64,000 bases of DNA from Bdellovibrionales bacterium (lineage in GTDB: Bacteria; Bdellovibrionota; Bdellovibrionia; Bdellovibrionales; UBA1609). The notes below the pieces were generated by a model, which was given only the letters and a program-made list of their open reading frames with translations, was not told the DNA's origin and made no database searches. The stretch covers positions 96,001-160,000 of the forward strand of contig CBDBIB010000001.1 of NCBI GenBank assembly GCA_965205945.1, written 5' to 3'. This document shows, one piece after another, positions 21,131 through 31,086 of this stretch. Every line of letters starts with the position of its first letter. The first letter of the stretch is position 1. Both the position numbers and the translations under genes were made by a program.

Positions 21131-22345
21131 CTAATTTTTAATCTCCCATTCATAAAGCCTTGTCTTTATTCTACTTGGCTGAACCAAACCATTTTTTGCA
21201 CTCTTAACAGATTTTACAAATTTAACTTCTGTAAAAATAACTTCAAATTTCACCCTATTTACTGAATGGAGTTTTTTAGGTGCTGCAGTCTTAAATAAAA
21301 ACAAGCCACATTGTTTAAGATCCTTTTCAGAAATTTTATAATTTTTAGGGATATCTAAAATCAAATGTCCTGAAGGGTAATCCTTTAAATGCATCCAAAT
21401 ATACCAAGATTTAGCCTTTCTTAAAAGCTCCATATTTTCTTTTGCTGATTTACCACAAAAAGCTCTAATCTCTTTTGAAATTTCTAAGAACCTTAACACC
21501 CTTGCTTTATCAGTCTTACTTTTTAAAATTTTTAAATTTTTTTTAACACTAGTTTTTTGTGCAAGCTCTATTAATCTTTTTTCAAGCCTCTTTATTTTAA
21601 CATCTTTTAGTTTTTGCTGTTTATAGCCCCATTCTATATTTTCTCGTAAGCTTAATTTTTTCTTATAAAGACCTTCTAAATCTCTTACAAGTTTAGTTTC
21701 ATTTACCAAAAACTCTGAAAAACGCTTATAACCATCTGATCTTAAAAATTTTAATCCCTCTTTAATTTTCATCTTAGCAGTTGCAATTTTATCAATTTGC
21801 CTTTCTATCTGTACATCATCGTTTTTGACTCTTAGAAAATCTAAACCCTGCTTGATAATTACATCTGGACTTCTTATTGCCTTAGGAAAGTAATTCTCAC
21901 TTAATTTAGAAAGAAGTAAGGGCTTAGCCCAGTAAACTTGTTTCCCTTTTTTAACTGCTGTTAGATTCAAACCACCTGGATAAGCTCTAAATTCAATATA
22001 AAATTCAGTACTATTATTAAAATAAAATCTTATAAGACGACCATATTCTTTAATACGTTGAATATTTGTAAGTGATGAGCCTTTAAAGTGTGTATGTAAG
22101 AATAAGTTTAAAGGTCTTTTCTTTGCTTTATTTAATAAAATTGTATTTAAAGGGGTCTCTTTTTTAAAGGCTAAAAAAAACGGTGTATTCAAAGAAAGAT
22201 TAAACAACAACCATATAACACCCCTATCCCAAAACTTTAACACTATAATATCTCTTAAACCTAGAACAGTTTGAAACTCTGCTCCTTTTAAAAAAGAAAC
22301 TGAATCTATCAAATAATCTAGTTCTGTTGTATTTAAAACTTTCAC
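21131..22345 (-). CDS. NFACT RNA-binding domain protein (RqcH/DUF814-like)
   Basis: C-terminal GKSAKEN..L..WMHLKDYPSGH NFACT-R motif. Confidence 0.8.
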   Translation of the reverse strand: MKVLNTTELDYLIDSVSFLKGAEFQTVLGLRDIIVLKFWDRGVIWLLFNLSLNTPFFLAFKKETPLNTILLNKAKKRPLNLFLHTHFKGSSLTNIQRIKEYGRLIRFYFNNSTEFYIEFRAYPGGLNLTAVKKGKQVYWAKPLLLSKLSENYFPKAIRSPDVIIKQGLDFLRVKNDDVQIERQIDKIATAKMKIKEGLKFLRSDGYKRFSEFLVNETKLVRDLEGLYKKKLSLRENIEWGYKQQKLKDVKIKRLEKRLIELAQKTSVKKNLKILKSKTDKARVLRFLEISKEIRAFCGKSAKENMELLRKAKSWYIWMHLKDYPSGHLILDIPKNYKISEKDLKQCGLFLFKTAAPKKLHSVNRVKFEVIFTEVKFVKSVKSAKNGLVQPSRIKTRLYEWEIKN

Positions 22346-22633
22346 AGAGTTTATTTTATACGTTCAACGACCTAATGAGCAAGACTCAACATTGAATCCA
22401 AACTAGACTTATACTTACTCCATATTGCTTATAAAGACGCCCAGCCTACATAAAGATTTTTTTTAGAAACTTAAGAAGAAACTAAAGAGCAAAAATCTTA
22501 AATAGTCTAGGTCAAAAATAAATTCATAGATTTTAACCTCTAGCTTTTAGTCAGAAATAACTTTGTCTCAAAACAAAACAACTAAGGGCTGTGCTTTCAT
22601 AGGTGAAAAAGTGTCTCAAATTAAACCGTCTTC

Positions 22634-22661
22634 TCAATTTAAGATCTTAATAAGCCGATAA
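22634..22661 (+). promoter_or_regulatory. Putative sigma28 (FliA) promoter
   Basis: TCAAT-N15-GCCGATAA with a perfect -10 element, 6 nt before GTG 22668. Confidence 0.7.
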
Positions 22662-22667
22662 AAATCA

Positions 22668-23579
22668 GTGAGTTCAAGAAAAAAAGAAAACACAGTATTA
22701 AAAAATAGTGAGGATTTTTCATCAAAGATTCTTAATAAAGAATTGCATCAAACATTAGACAATTCTAAGAACAATAGCGCTGAGGAATTTTTAAAAACTT
22801 TAAAATATGAAATGGAACAAGTTCAAACTCTAGAAAAAAAGAAAAAGAATAAGACTGATAAAATTTCTAAAAAATCTAAGACTCAGGAGTTTGATGATAA
22901 AACGACTGCTTTAAATAAAGAGGTGCAATCTACACAAGATTTTGAAAATGTGACCTCTTTAGAAAATGTAAAAGCCGGAGTTATTCAACACAGCATTCAA
23001 CGAAACCCAGAAATTGACTTAAAAAATGCAGATTACATTAGATTTGCTCAAGAAAAAATCAAAAAACTTGAAAAAGAAATAAGTAATTTTAGAACTGAAA
23101 CTCAAGATCTTGCGCTTGCAGGTGATCACTTTAAAGCTTTAGCTGAAAAACGTGAGTTTTTAATAAAAAATGTGGAAATGAAAACTCAGACATTAGAGAG
23201 TACGTTTAAAGAGGAAAAAAAAATCTTAAACGAGACTTTAAATGCAAAGGAAATTAAAATTAAATCTTTACAAAACAAAATAGAAAACCTTGAGGAGGAA
23301 CTAGAATTTAAGTATAACAGACTTCGAGTTAGAGAAAGAGAGCTTGAAAGCAGACTTGAAATACTCAAACAAGAACAAGGTGCTGTGACAACGAGTAAAG
23401 ATAATATGATTTTGAGGATAAAAAAACAAAACAATGCACTTTCTGCAGATTTAGAAAGAGCAAGATCACAGACTCAAAAAACATCAACAAAGCTTCAAGA
23501 AAAAGAAGATGCTTTAAGAAGAACTATTAAGGCTTTAAAGCTTTCTTTAACTATGTTAGAAAGCCAAAAGCACAAATAG
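22668..23579 (+). CDS. Coiled-coil hypothetical protein
   Basis: Long heptad-rich ORF (RVRERELESRLEI...LRRTIKALKLSL). Confidence 0.7.
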   Translation: MSSRKKENTVLKNSEDFSSKILNKELHQTLDNSKNNSAEEFLKTLKYEMEQVQTLEKKKKNKTDKISKKSKTQEFDDKTTALNKEVQSTQDFENVTSLENVKAGVIQHSIQRNPEIDLKNADYIRFAQEKIKKLEKEISNFRTETQDLALAGDHFKALAEKREFLIKNVEMKTQTLESTFKEEKKILNETLNAKEIKIKSLQNKIENLEEELEFKYNRLRVRERELESRLEILKQEQGAVTTSKDNMILRIKKQNNALSADLERARSQTQKTSTKLQEKEDALRRTIKALKLSLTMLESQKHK

Positions 23580-23613
23580 TAATTTAAAAACGATTAATGG
23601 AGTAAATCTATAA

Positions 23614-24705
23614 ATGGAAAATCTATCAAAGGTTAAGCTTGTTGTAAGTGATCTCCATTTTGGGACAGGCTTGCAAAATGAGGATGGAACCCATAATACT
23701 CTTGAGGAATTTTATTTTGATGAAAAATTTTCGGAATTTTTAGAATATCAAGGAAGTACAAAGTTTAAAGATATTGAGGTAGAGCTTATATTAAATGGGG
23801 ATATTTTTAATTTTTTACAAATAGACTATAAGGGACACTTTGTTCCTGTGATCACAGAGGCCATGAACCTTGATATGTTAGATAGAATTGCTAAAGGACA
23901 TCCAAAAATTTTTAAAGCTTTAAAAAGTTTCGCCTCCCTTAAAGGCAAATCAATTACATATATTACAGGAAATCATGATCAAGGAATTTTGTGGCCTAAA
24001 GTTCAAGATAAACTTAATGAGCTTTTAAAGACGCAAGTTAAATACTGTCAATTAGTTTATTACTTTGATGGAGTTCATATTGAACATGGCCATATGCATG
24101 AAACTGCAAATAGAATGAATCCTAAAAAGTTTTTCCTACGAAAAAACTTACCAGAGCCTATCTTAAACCTTCCTTTTGGATCACATTTTTTCATAGATTT
24201 TATTCTAAAGATTAAACAAACTTATCCGCATATTGATAAGGCAAGACCTTTTAAAAAAATGATTCGATGGATGTTATTTAATGAAGCAATATTTTTATTT
24301 AAAAGTCTATTTCAAATGTTTAAGTACTTTTTTTTAAGTGCCTTTAGTTCAAAGACTTACAGGAATACTTGGTCTATTAAAACTTTAATAAAAATAATTT
24401 TAGAAAATGCAATTTTTCCAGATTTATCTGATAACGCAAGAAGCCTTTTAAAGGATGAGCGTGTTCATACGGTGATATTTGGCCACTCCCATGTATATCA
24501 ATACAGACAGTGGGGTCAAGGTAAGGAGTATTTTAACACAGGAACTTGGACTGATATTGTTTCTCTGGATATAAGTCTTTGGGGCAAGATAACTAAACTT
24601 ACTTATGTTGAAATTGGTTACAGGATGGATAACTCTAGACCAAGGGGAAGACTTAGAGAATGGAGAGGACATCATCGTATTGAAGAAGACGTTATAATTT
24701 GCTAA
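23614..24705 (+). CDS. Calcineurin-like metallophosphoesterase
   Basis: SDLH, NGD, GNHD, EHGH, GHSH, NTGTW motifs. Confidence 0.92.
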   Translation: MENLSKVKLVVSDLHFGTGLQNEDGTHNTLEEFYFDEKFSEFLEYQGSTKFKDIEVELILNGDIFNFLQIDYKGHFVPVITEAMNLDMLDRIAKGHPKIFKALKSFASLKGKSITYITGNHDQGILWPKVQDKLNELLKTQVKYCQLVYYFDGVHIEHGHMHETANRMNPKKFFLRKNLPEPILNLPFGSHFFIDFILKIKQTYPHIDKARPFKKMIRWMLFNEAIFLFKSLFQMFKYFFLSAFSSKTYRNTWSIKTLIKIILENAIFPDLSDNARSLLKDERVHTVIFGHSHVYQYRQWGQGKEYFNTGTWTDIVSLDISLWGKITKLTYVEIGYRMDNSRPRGRLREWRGHHRIEEDVIIC

Positions 24706-24758
24706 AAATCCTGCTTATTTAAGTTGATATCTAGAAAAAAAATAGTAGAATATTTTGC

Positions 24759-25679
24759 ATGTCTAATAGCAATGAAGATTTAGAAAAAACAAGCGTTTTA
24801 ACAAGTGAAACTTTAAAAGTAATTTTAAATGATGCTAATAAAGCTCCTGCGACATTAGTTTTATTAGTAGGACCAGCAAGTAGTATTGGCAAGCAATGGC
24901 AGTTATCAGGAGAAAACTTAATAGTTGGGCGCTCTCCTAGTAATTCAATTTATATTGATGACAGGTCAGTTAGTAAATCACACGCAAAATTTGTTTTAAC
25001 AGGAAACGATACTCTTATTATGGACTTAGAATCTACGAATAAAACAATTATTAACTCCCAAGCAATACCACCTTTAATAACTGTGAAGCTTAAAAATAAT
25101 GACCAAATAAAAGTAGGAAATGTTATTTTTAAATTTTTAGAAAGAGGAAATATTGAGACTATTAGTGCTCAAAAATCCTTTGACAGATCTCAATTAGATG
25201 CTTTAACAGGGGCTTATGATAAAGGGGCTTTATTAGCTTATGCACCAGAAGCTATTAAAAGATCAGATCTTATAAATATGCCATTAAGTTTAATTATTTT
25301 TGATATCGATCATTTTAAAAAAGTGAATGATACTTACGGGCATGTATCAGGCGATTACATTCTTAAAGAAATTGCAAGACTTGTAAAAGATAAACTCATT
25401 AGAAGTGAGGATTTTTTTGCAAGATTTGGTGGCGAGGAATTTGTTTTAGTCTTACTGGCAACTGATATTACTATTTCTGCAAGTATCGCTGAAAGAGTTA
25501 GAGCTACTATTGAGGCTTATACTTTTGATTTTGAAAAAATTAAAATACCCATAACAATTTCTGTTGGGGTGGCAGTTAGAAAGTCTAATGGAATAAGTTG
25601 GGATAAGCTTTTTGATAAAGCTGATGCCGCTTTATATAAATCTAAAAACAGAGGTAGAAACCAAGTTTCAATTGGCTAG
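24759..25679 (+). CDS. dgcB: FHA-GGDEF diguanylate cyclase (DgcB-like)
   Basis: FHA (GRS..SVSKSHA..DLESTN), GGEEF, I-site RSED, N-terminal LEKTS tail. Confidence 0.88.
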   Translation: MSNSNEDLEKTSVLTSETLKVILNDANKAPATLVLLVGPASSIGKQWQLSGENLIVGRSPSNSIYIDDRSVSKSHAKFVLTGNDTLIMDLESTNKTIINSQAIPPLITVKLKNNDQIKVGNVIFKFLERGNIETISAQKSFDRSQLDALTGAYDKGALLAYAPEAIKRSDLINMPLSLIIFDIDHFKKVNDTYGHVSGDYILKEIARLVKDKLIRSEDFFARFGGEEFVLVLLATDITISASIAERVRATIEAYTFDFEKIKIPITISVGVAVRKSNGISWDKLFDKADAALYKSKNRGRNQVSIG

Positions 25680-25768
25680 TATTAAAGTAGACTTATTGCT
25701 TAAGATACAATCTCATAAGTATGAAAATAAAGTTGATTTTAAAACCTAAACAAACTACACCCACCAAA

Positions 25769-26179
25769 GAACTTGTAAATTAAATTGTGTCACTGCTTAA
25801 CAATGTACTAGGATTAAGCATCCTAAGGAGCAAGCAGAATGAACATAGAAGAAATAAGCAAAGAACTTACTAAGAACGTAAAAATACGACTCTTCTTAGC
25901 ATAGGCGCAGCTACTATTACAGCCTCCAAAGGAGGAGACAATCGTTATGAAGCAATCAGTGATGACTATACACTCTTTATTGTTATATGTGCAACAACCG
26001 GATAAACATGAATATTTATATGTTAATAGCTGACTTTGCCCATTTTTCATAAAATTTGAGTTTAAGTCCTCTTAAATTTTTAAAATCCACTTCATCCTGA
26101 TACCTGTGATTTTTAAATTCTCAATTTTGAATTTTAAAAATCTTAAAAACCGCAGTCACACAAAATAAATTACAGACTC
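25769..26179 (+). mobile_element. IS256-family internally deleted element (MITE)
   Basis: 28-bp imperfect terminal IRs (25769-25796 vs 26152-26179, 21/28 match); after the left end, SD AAGGAG and MNIEEISKELTKNVK resembling an IS256 transposase N-terminus. Confidence 0.75.
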
Positions 26180-26191
26180 AATTATAAATAG

Positions 26192-27472
26192 TCATAACCA
26201 GTTAAGTGAATCTAGAGAAAATAGTAATCCTATGATTTCTTCTCGCTGATCATTTTGATTGTTTTTGTAATTTTTAAATCCATAATACAACTTAAATTTA
26301 AGATTTAAATTATAACTTTTAAATACCCTACCTCTTTTTAAATCAATAAACCCAATATAACCAAGGCTTCCTTTTGGCTTTATTCTATTAGATCCAGCTA
26401 AAGGAAGGCTTAATTTTAAACCAAACCTTGAAGACCATTTTTGTGTTTCAAACCATTTATATTTTGCTCTTAAAGACACACCAAGCATAAAAACATCTAT
26501 TAGCTTCACCTGAAAATTATTTTCATATATAAAGGAGGTCTGATGATAATCTAAATCAAAGCCTAAACCCCATCTATTTTTTTCATAATCTGAAACCAAA
26601 GAGAACTGTAAAAGACTTGGAGTTTTGTTATCCCAAGTAAAAGTTGGACTAAGTTCTGGTTCATAATTTTGAATATGATAAGATCCATTTACTCCTAGCC
26701 AAAAATCCTTATGTTTTAATTGATACTGAGCCTCTATATTATAATTTCCTCTAGAAACCCATTTAGCCTTATTACTAGTTCCCCGATCAGTTGAAACAAG
26801 AATATTATTATAAACTCCAAGGCCTACATAATGCCTATTTTGATAAATATTTATTTTACGTTCTTTTTTTCCCAAAGATTCTTCTTGTTCTGAGTATTTA
26901 AACGACTCTGTGTTACTTTCTTCATTTAAAGAAAGCCCCTCCTCTTCTTCATCGTGTATTGTAGTGTTAACTGGTTGAGAGTTAGAATCCTTTTTTAAGG
27001 TTTCCTCATAATTATTGTTATATAAATTATCTTCTTCCTCTACTTTAACTGACTCAGTTATATCGTCACTCTGTATAGGCACCATTTTTTCATTTTTTAA
27101 TAAGCTCTCCATTTCACTCGCTGTTCCACTTATAATTTCTGCTCTTCTTTTTTCAGCATTAGAGCGATTCTGTGACTTATCTTCTCCATAAAAAAAGATT
27201 TTAATCTTAGATTCTTCCACTCCATATTCAGAAATTAGCTCTTGTTTTACAGTTTCGGCTCTTTTATAACTTAAATGCTTATTGTAAGACTCATCACCTA
27301 TTAAATCAGCATATCCTCGGATAAAAAAGATGTCTTCTGGCTCAAAGTTTTTTAATTTAAAAGAATTTAAAAAATCCTCTGATACATCAAAAGCAAAATA
27401 AACGTTTTGATGTGTTTGATAAGCAAAACACGGTTGTAAAATCAAAGAAAACAAAGCTACATATTTTAACAC
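26192..27472 (-). CDS. OmpA-like domain protein with C-terminal putative beta-barrel (paralog 1)
   Basis: GYADLIG..YNKHLS.KRA..VK and RRAEI OmpA motifs; acidic linker; alternating aromatic strands; ends LNWL. Confidence 0.8.
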   Translation of the reverse strand: MLKYVALFSLILQPCFAYQTHQNVYFAFDVSEDFLNSFKLKNFEPEDIFFIRGYADLIGDESYNKHLSYKRAETVKQELISEYGVEESKIKIFFYGEDKSQNRSNAEKRRAEIISGTASEMESLLKNEKMVPIQSDDITESVKVEEEDNLYNNNYEETLKKDSNSQPVNTTIHDEEEEGLSLNEESNTESFKYSEQEESLGKKERKINIYQNRHYVGLGVYNNILVSTDRGTSNKAKWVSRGNYNIEAQYQLKHKDFWLGVNGSYHIQNYEPELSPTFTWDNKTPSLLQFSLVSDYEKNRWGLGFDLDYHQTSFIYENNFQVKLIDVFMLGVSLRAKYKWFETQKWSSRFGLKLSLPLAGSNRIKPKGSLGYIGFIDLKRGRVFKSYNLNLKFKLYYGFKNYKNNQNDQREEIIGLLFSLDSLNWL

Positions 27473-27737
27473 AATAAAGTCCTTTCTAAATTAATACCGG
27501 TATATTACACAAATACCTTTACATTATGAAATGCTTCCGTATGTTTTTTAAAACAAAATTTAAGAAACTCCTAACTTTAAGACTTTAGCCTTAGAAAATA
27601 AATAATAACTGCAATAAATTTCATCAATAGTAGCTTAAAAAATATTTAAAATATCTAAACCCTTTTAACCATTAAAATAAATCATAAATAAGAGCTTTAA
27701 TTAGTTTTAAAAATTTTATGAATTTTAAAACCCTGCC

Positions 27738-29054
27738 TTACAGCAAGTTTGCAGCCAACTCTGCAAGCTCTGATCTTTCACCTTTGGTAAGATTAATGTG
27801 TGTAGCAAGTTTTTGTCCTTTAAACTTTTCAACAGAGTAAGAAAGTCCTGAATTCACAGCATCAAGGTATGGATTATCAATCTGATAACGATCGCCTGTT
27901 AAAACAACTTTTGTTCCAGCACCGGCTCTTGTCACAATTGTTTTAATTTCATGGGGAGTTAAATTTTGAGCCTCATCTACAATCAAATATTGATTAGGAA
28001 TACTCCTACCCCTGATGTAAGTTAAGGGCTCAATGTTTAACATTCCTTGATTAATAAGTTCTTGCGCACGACCGGCAGCTTTTTTATCTGCTCCCATTAA
28101 GAATTCAACGTTATCAAATATAGGCTGCATCCAAGGGTTTAGTTTTTGCTCAACATCTCCTGGAAGATAACCAATGTCCTTACCCATAGGAAAAATTGGA
28201 CGACTTACTAAAAGCCTTTGAAACCTTCCCTCATCAAGAGTTTTTGAAAGCCCGGCAGCAAGGGCAAGTAGAGTCTTACCTGTTCCAGCTTTACCAACTA
28301 AAGATACAAACAAAATATCATCATTTAAAAGCGCATCTAGAGCAAAGCTTTGCTCTACATTTCTAGGGTGAATTCCCCAAACACTATCATTAGGGGTAAT
28401 TAAAGGAATTATAGCGTTAGCCCCTAAATCATACCTACCCACGGCAGAATGATTCACATTAGATTCATCTTTTAATATAACATACTGATTTCCAAAAATT
28501 TTAACTTCTGGGGGTAGAATTAAAGATTTTTCTTTATAAAACAAATCAATTTTTCCACTTGAAACTATCAATTCACAACGACCTGAATAAAACTCTTCAG
28601 TCCCTAAAAGCTCTTCACCATCGTAATCACTTGCTTTAATACCAAAAACATCAGCTTTAATTCTTAAATTTATATCTTTTGTAATGAGTTCTACATCATC
28701 AAATTGTCTTTGAAGAGTTAAAACCGCCCCTAGAATTCTATTATCAGCTTTTTCAAAACTAAGTTCTGAAGGAAGGCCCACTTCATTTTCCATACCAGAT
28801 TTTACAAAAATTCTTGTTTTACTATCTTCTAAATAAACACCCTCTGAAAGCTTTCCCTTACTTCTTAAAACATCAATAAATCTACTAAACTGCCGAGCAT
28901 TACGCCCATTTTCACCTAGATCTTTTTTAAAACGATCCACTTCTTCAATTACAGACATTGGAATATAAAGATCGGACTCATGAAACTTCTGAACAGAGGA
29001 TGAATCAAATAAGATTACATTTGTATCAACTACAACTTTTTTAGAAAATTTCAA
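27738..29054 (-). CDS. phoH: PIN-PhoH (PhoH2-type) ATPase
   Basis: VVDTNV PIN, GKAGTGKT, YIRGRS, DEAQN. Confidence 0.93.
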   Translation of the reverse strand: MKFSKKVVVDTNVILFDSSSVQKFHESDLYIPMSVIEEVDRFKKDLGENGRNARQFSRFIDVLRSKGKLSEGVYLEDSKTRIFVKSGMENEVGLPSELSFEKADNRILGAVLTLQRQFDDVELITKDINLRIKADVFGIKASDYDGEELLGTEEFYSGRCELIVSSGKIDLFYKEKSLILPPEVKIFGNQYVILKDESNVNHSAVGRYDLGANAIIPLITPNDSVWGIHPRNVEQSFALDALLNDDILFVSLVGKAGTGKTLLALAAGLSKTLDEGRFQRLLVSRPIFPMGKDIGYLPGDVEQKLNPWMQPIFDNVEFLMGADKKAAGRAQELINQGMLNIEPLTYIRGRSIPNQYLIVDEAQNLTPHEIKTIVTRAGAGTKVVLTGDRYQIDNPYLDAVNSGLSYSVEKFKGQKLATHINLTKGERSELAELAANLL

Positions 29055-29180
29055 CTAAAAGCTCCCCCTTTGAAAACAAAAAAACTTATCCTAAGCTTAC
29101 TTGATATTATCTCCTTAAAGAGATGCATAAGTTAAGAACCGCTGCATTAATAATATTATATTTTTTTTACTGACTTTAAA

Positions 29181-29696
29181 TTACTTGCTAAGCATAATAT
29201 CGCCTAAATCTGTCTTTAAACTCGTGCTCACTGTCTCCATAAAACTAATAAAGTAATGGATAGCTTCTTGATTAAGAGTGCCTTCTAAAAATTTAGCACC
29301 ATGCCTATAAATTCTACCTTTCTTAATGAAACGAGTATTTGTTATTGTAGCTGATAATGGAAAATACGTTGTATGGTTTAAATAAACCCTAACCACAGTT
29401 TTTTCGCCTTTTTTAAATTTACCATATTTTTCTAAAATATCAAAAGCTATGCCTCCACGAGAAATATCATTTAAAGCCACCTTTACAAGCCCACTACCTG
29501 GAACAACCATTGAAGCACTTATAAACTCAGTTAAAAGTGTTCTCTTAACTCTCCTTCTTTCTTCTGTGATCATCGCTTTTCGAAGCTTTGATATTGATTC
29601 AACATCTGCACCTAAAGAGGTGACCTCTTTATTAGAAGCTTTTATACCCTCTTTTAAAAAATCTTTAATTTGGATCACATTATCACTAGTAGACAT
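29181..29696 (-). CDS. PilZ domain protein
   Basis: RRRVKR (RxxxR) and DISRGG (DxSxxG); ATG 29696 with GGGGG SD. Confidence 0.85.
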   Translation of the reverse strand: MSTSDNVIQIKDFLKEGIKASNKEVTSLGADVESISKLRKAMITEERRRVKRTLLTEFISASMVVPGSGLVKVALNDISRGGIAFDILEKYGKFKKGEKTVVRVYLNHTTYFPLSATITNTRFIKKGRIYRHGAKFLEGTLNQEAIHYFISFMETVSTSLKTDLGDIMLSK

Positions 29697-29716
29697 ACTC
29701 TTCCCCCTTTGATTCA

Positions 29717-29744
29717 ATATCGGGGTATGACTATTTCAACTTTA
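29717..29744 (-). promoter_or_regulatory. Putative sigma28 promoter of the PilZ gene
   Basis: TAAAG-N15-CCCGATAT on minus strand. Confidence 0.65.
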
Positions 29745-30734
29745 ATCAATATCTGGCCTCTTTCTCTAATATTACTTCTCTCAGGCTGCCAACTTCCATA
29801 TTTAGTTTCAGGAGCCTTTGAGCAATCTAGAATTCTAGGTTCTCGGCAAAAAATCACAAAAGCTTTCCAAAATGTTGCAATATCTAACAAAACTAAAGAC
29901 AAGCTTCGCTTTTCTTTAAAAGCTAAAGACTTTGCCTTGGCAAATGGGCTCACCTGTAAGGATAATTTTAAAACCTACGTAGAACTTAATCGCCCCTACG
30001 TAAGCTATCTTGTTATAGCCTCTAAAAAAAATAAAATTGATCCTAAAAAATGGTGGTTTCCCATCGTTGGAAGCTTCCCCTACAAGGGTTATTTTTCAAA
30101 AGAAAAAGCCAAATCTGCAGCTCTTAAATTACAGGCTAAAGATTATGATACTTACATAAGGGGGGTTAATACGTATAGCTCTCTTGGATGGTTTAATGAG
30201 CCTATTTTATCTAGCATGCTTAAACATAGCAAATATAGCCTTGCTGAAACAATATTTCATGAGTGTGTTCATACTACTTTTTTCATCAAAAATAATACTG
30301 AAGTAAATGAGCGTAGTGCTGTTTTTTTCGCACATCATTTTATGATAAAATTCTTAAAAGATTTAAATAATCTAAAACAAAAAAAACACAAGCTCTTATC
30401 ATGGAAAGAGTCTAAAAAATTCACTTCATTTCTAGAAAAAACAATCCTTAACGCCATTAAATACTATGATTCAAATACCGACAGAAAAGCTCTTTTTAAA
30501 AGTATAAAAAAAAATTATTTAAAACATTTAAAACCTGAAATAACCATAAATAACTATGACCATGTGTTCTTAATAAATCTAAATAACGCAAAACTTGCAG
30601 CTTTTAAGACTTATTTTCATAAATTCGATAAGCTTGAAAATAATTTAAAAAATAAATTTTCTGATGATATTTTTGTATATCTTAGAAAAATCAAATCTCT
30701 AAAAACTAAAGAAGCAAAATTATCTCTCCTTTAG
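29727..30734 (+). CDS. Predicted lipoprotein aminopeptidase (DUF2265-like)
   Basis: Lipobox LLSGC, WWFPIVGSFPYKGYF, YSSLGWFNEP, HECVH zinc motif; start refined to ATG 29727. Confidence 0.85.
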   Translation: MTISTLINIWPLSLILLLSGCQLPYLVSGAFEQSRILGSRQKITKAFQNVAISNKTKDKLRFSLKAKDFALANGLTCKDNFKTYVELNRPYVSYLVIASKKNKIDPKKWWFPIVGSFPYKGYFSKEKAKSAALKLQAKDYDTYIRGVNTYSSLGWFNEPILSSMLKHSKYSLAETIFHECVHTTFFIKNNTEVNERSAVFFAHHFMIKFLKDLNNLKQKKHKLLSWKESKKFTSFLEKTILNAIKYYDSNTDRKALFKSIKKNYLKHLKPEITINNYDHVFLINLNNAKLAAFKTYFHKFDKLENNLKNKFSDDIFVYLRKIKSLKTKEAKLSLL

Positions 30735-30748
30735 CTTTCCCAGGCCCT

Positions 30749-31067
30749 TTTCCTTCCTGACATAGTCTACAAATTATACCGAAGATATAATTTACACTCT
30801 CCTAGAAAATAGACATTTTGTCCGTCCTGACACACAGTTTACAATTTATACCGGAAACATGGTTTACACTTTCCTAGAAAGGAGGACTTAAAATGGCCTA
30901 GAAGGAAAGTAGTCCCGTAGTTCTGTAAGTCTCCGTCGATATGGAACGGATTTTGCTAGAGTGAAGGTAGCAATTAAAGAAATAAAGGATGGAATATGAG
31001 TAGTTAGTTTTTAAGATTATGATTTAAGATATTTTGATCATCAGAGTAAACCATGATAGTCTGGACC
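30749..31067 (+). mobile_element. IS481-family remnant with duplicated left end
   Basis: Degenerate left end 30749-30808, intact left end TGTCCGTCCTGACA at 30819, SD AGGAGG + MA*KESSP, C-terminal fragment VAIKEIKDGI*VVSF*DYDLRYFD, right end GTAAACCATG..CTGGACC. Confidence 0.85.
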
Positions 31068-31086
31068 TTATTAAGAAGAAAAAAAA

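Noticed and set aside
25823..26050. Cys-rich 75-aa track ORF
   Set aside because: Lies inside the IS256-type remnant on the opposite strand with no supporting signals
27738..29054. PIN domain as toxin of a TA or defence system
   Set aside because: Standard PIN-PhoH fusion with no adjacent antitoxin ORF
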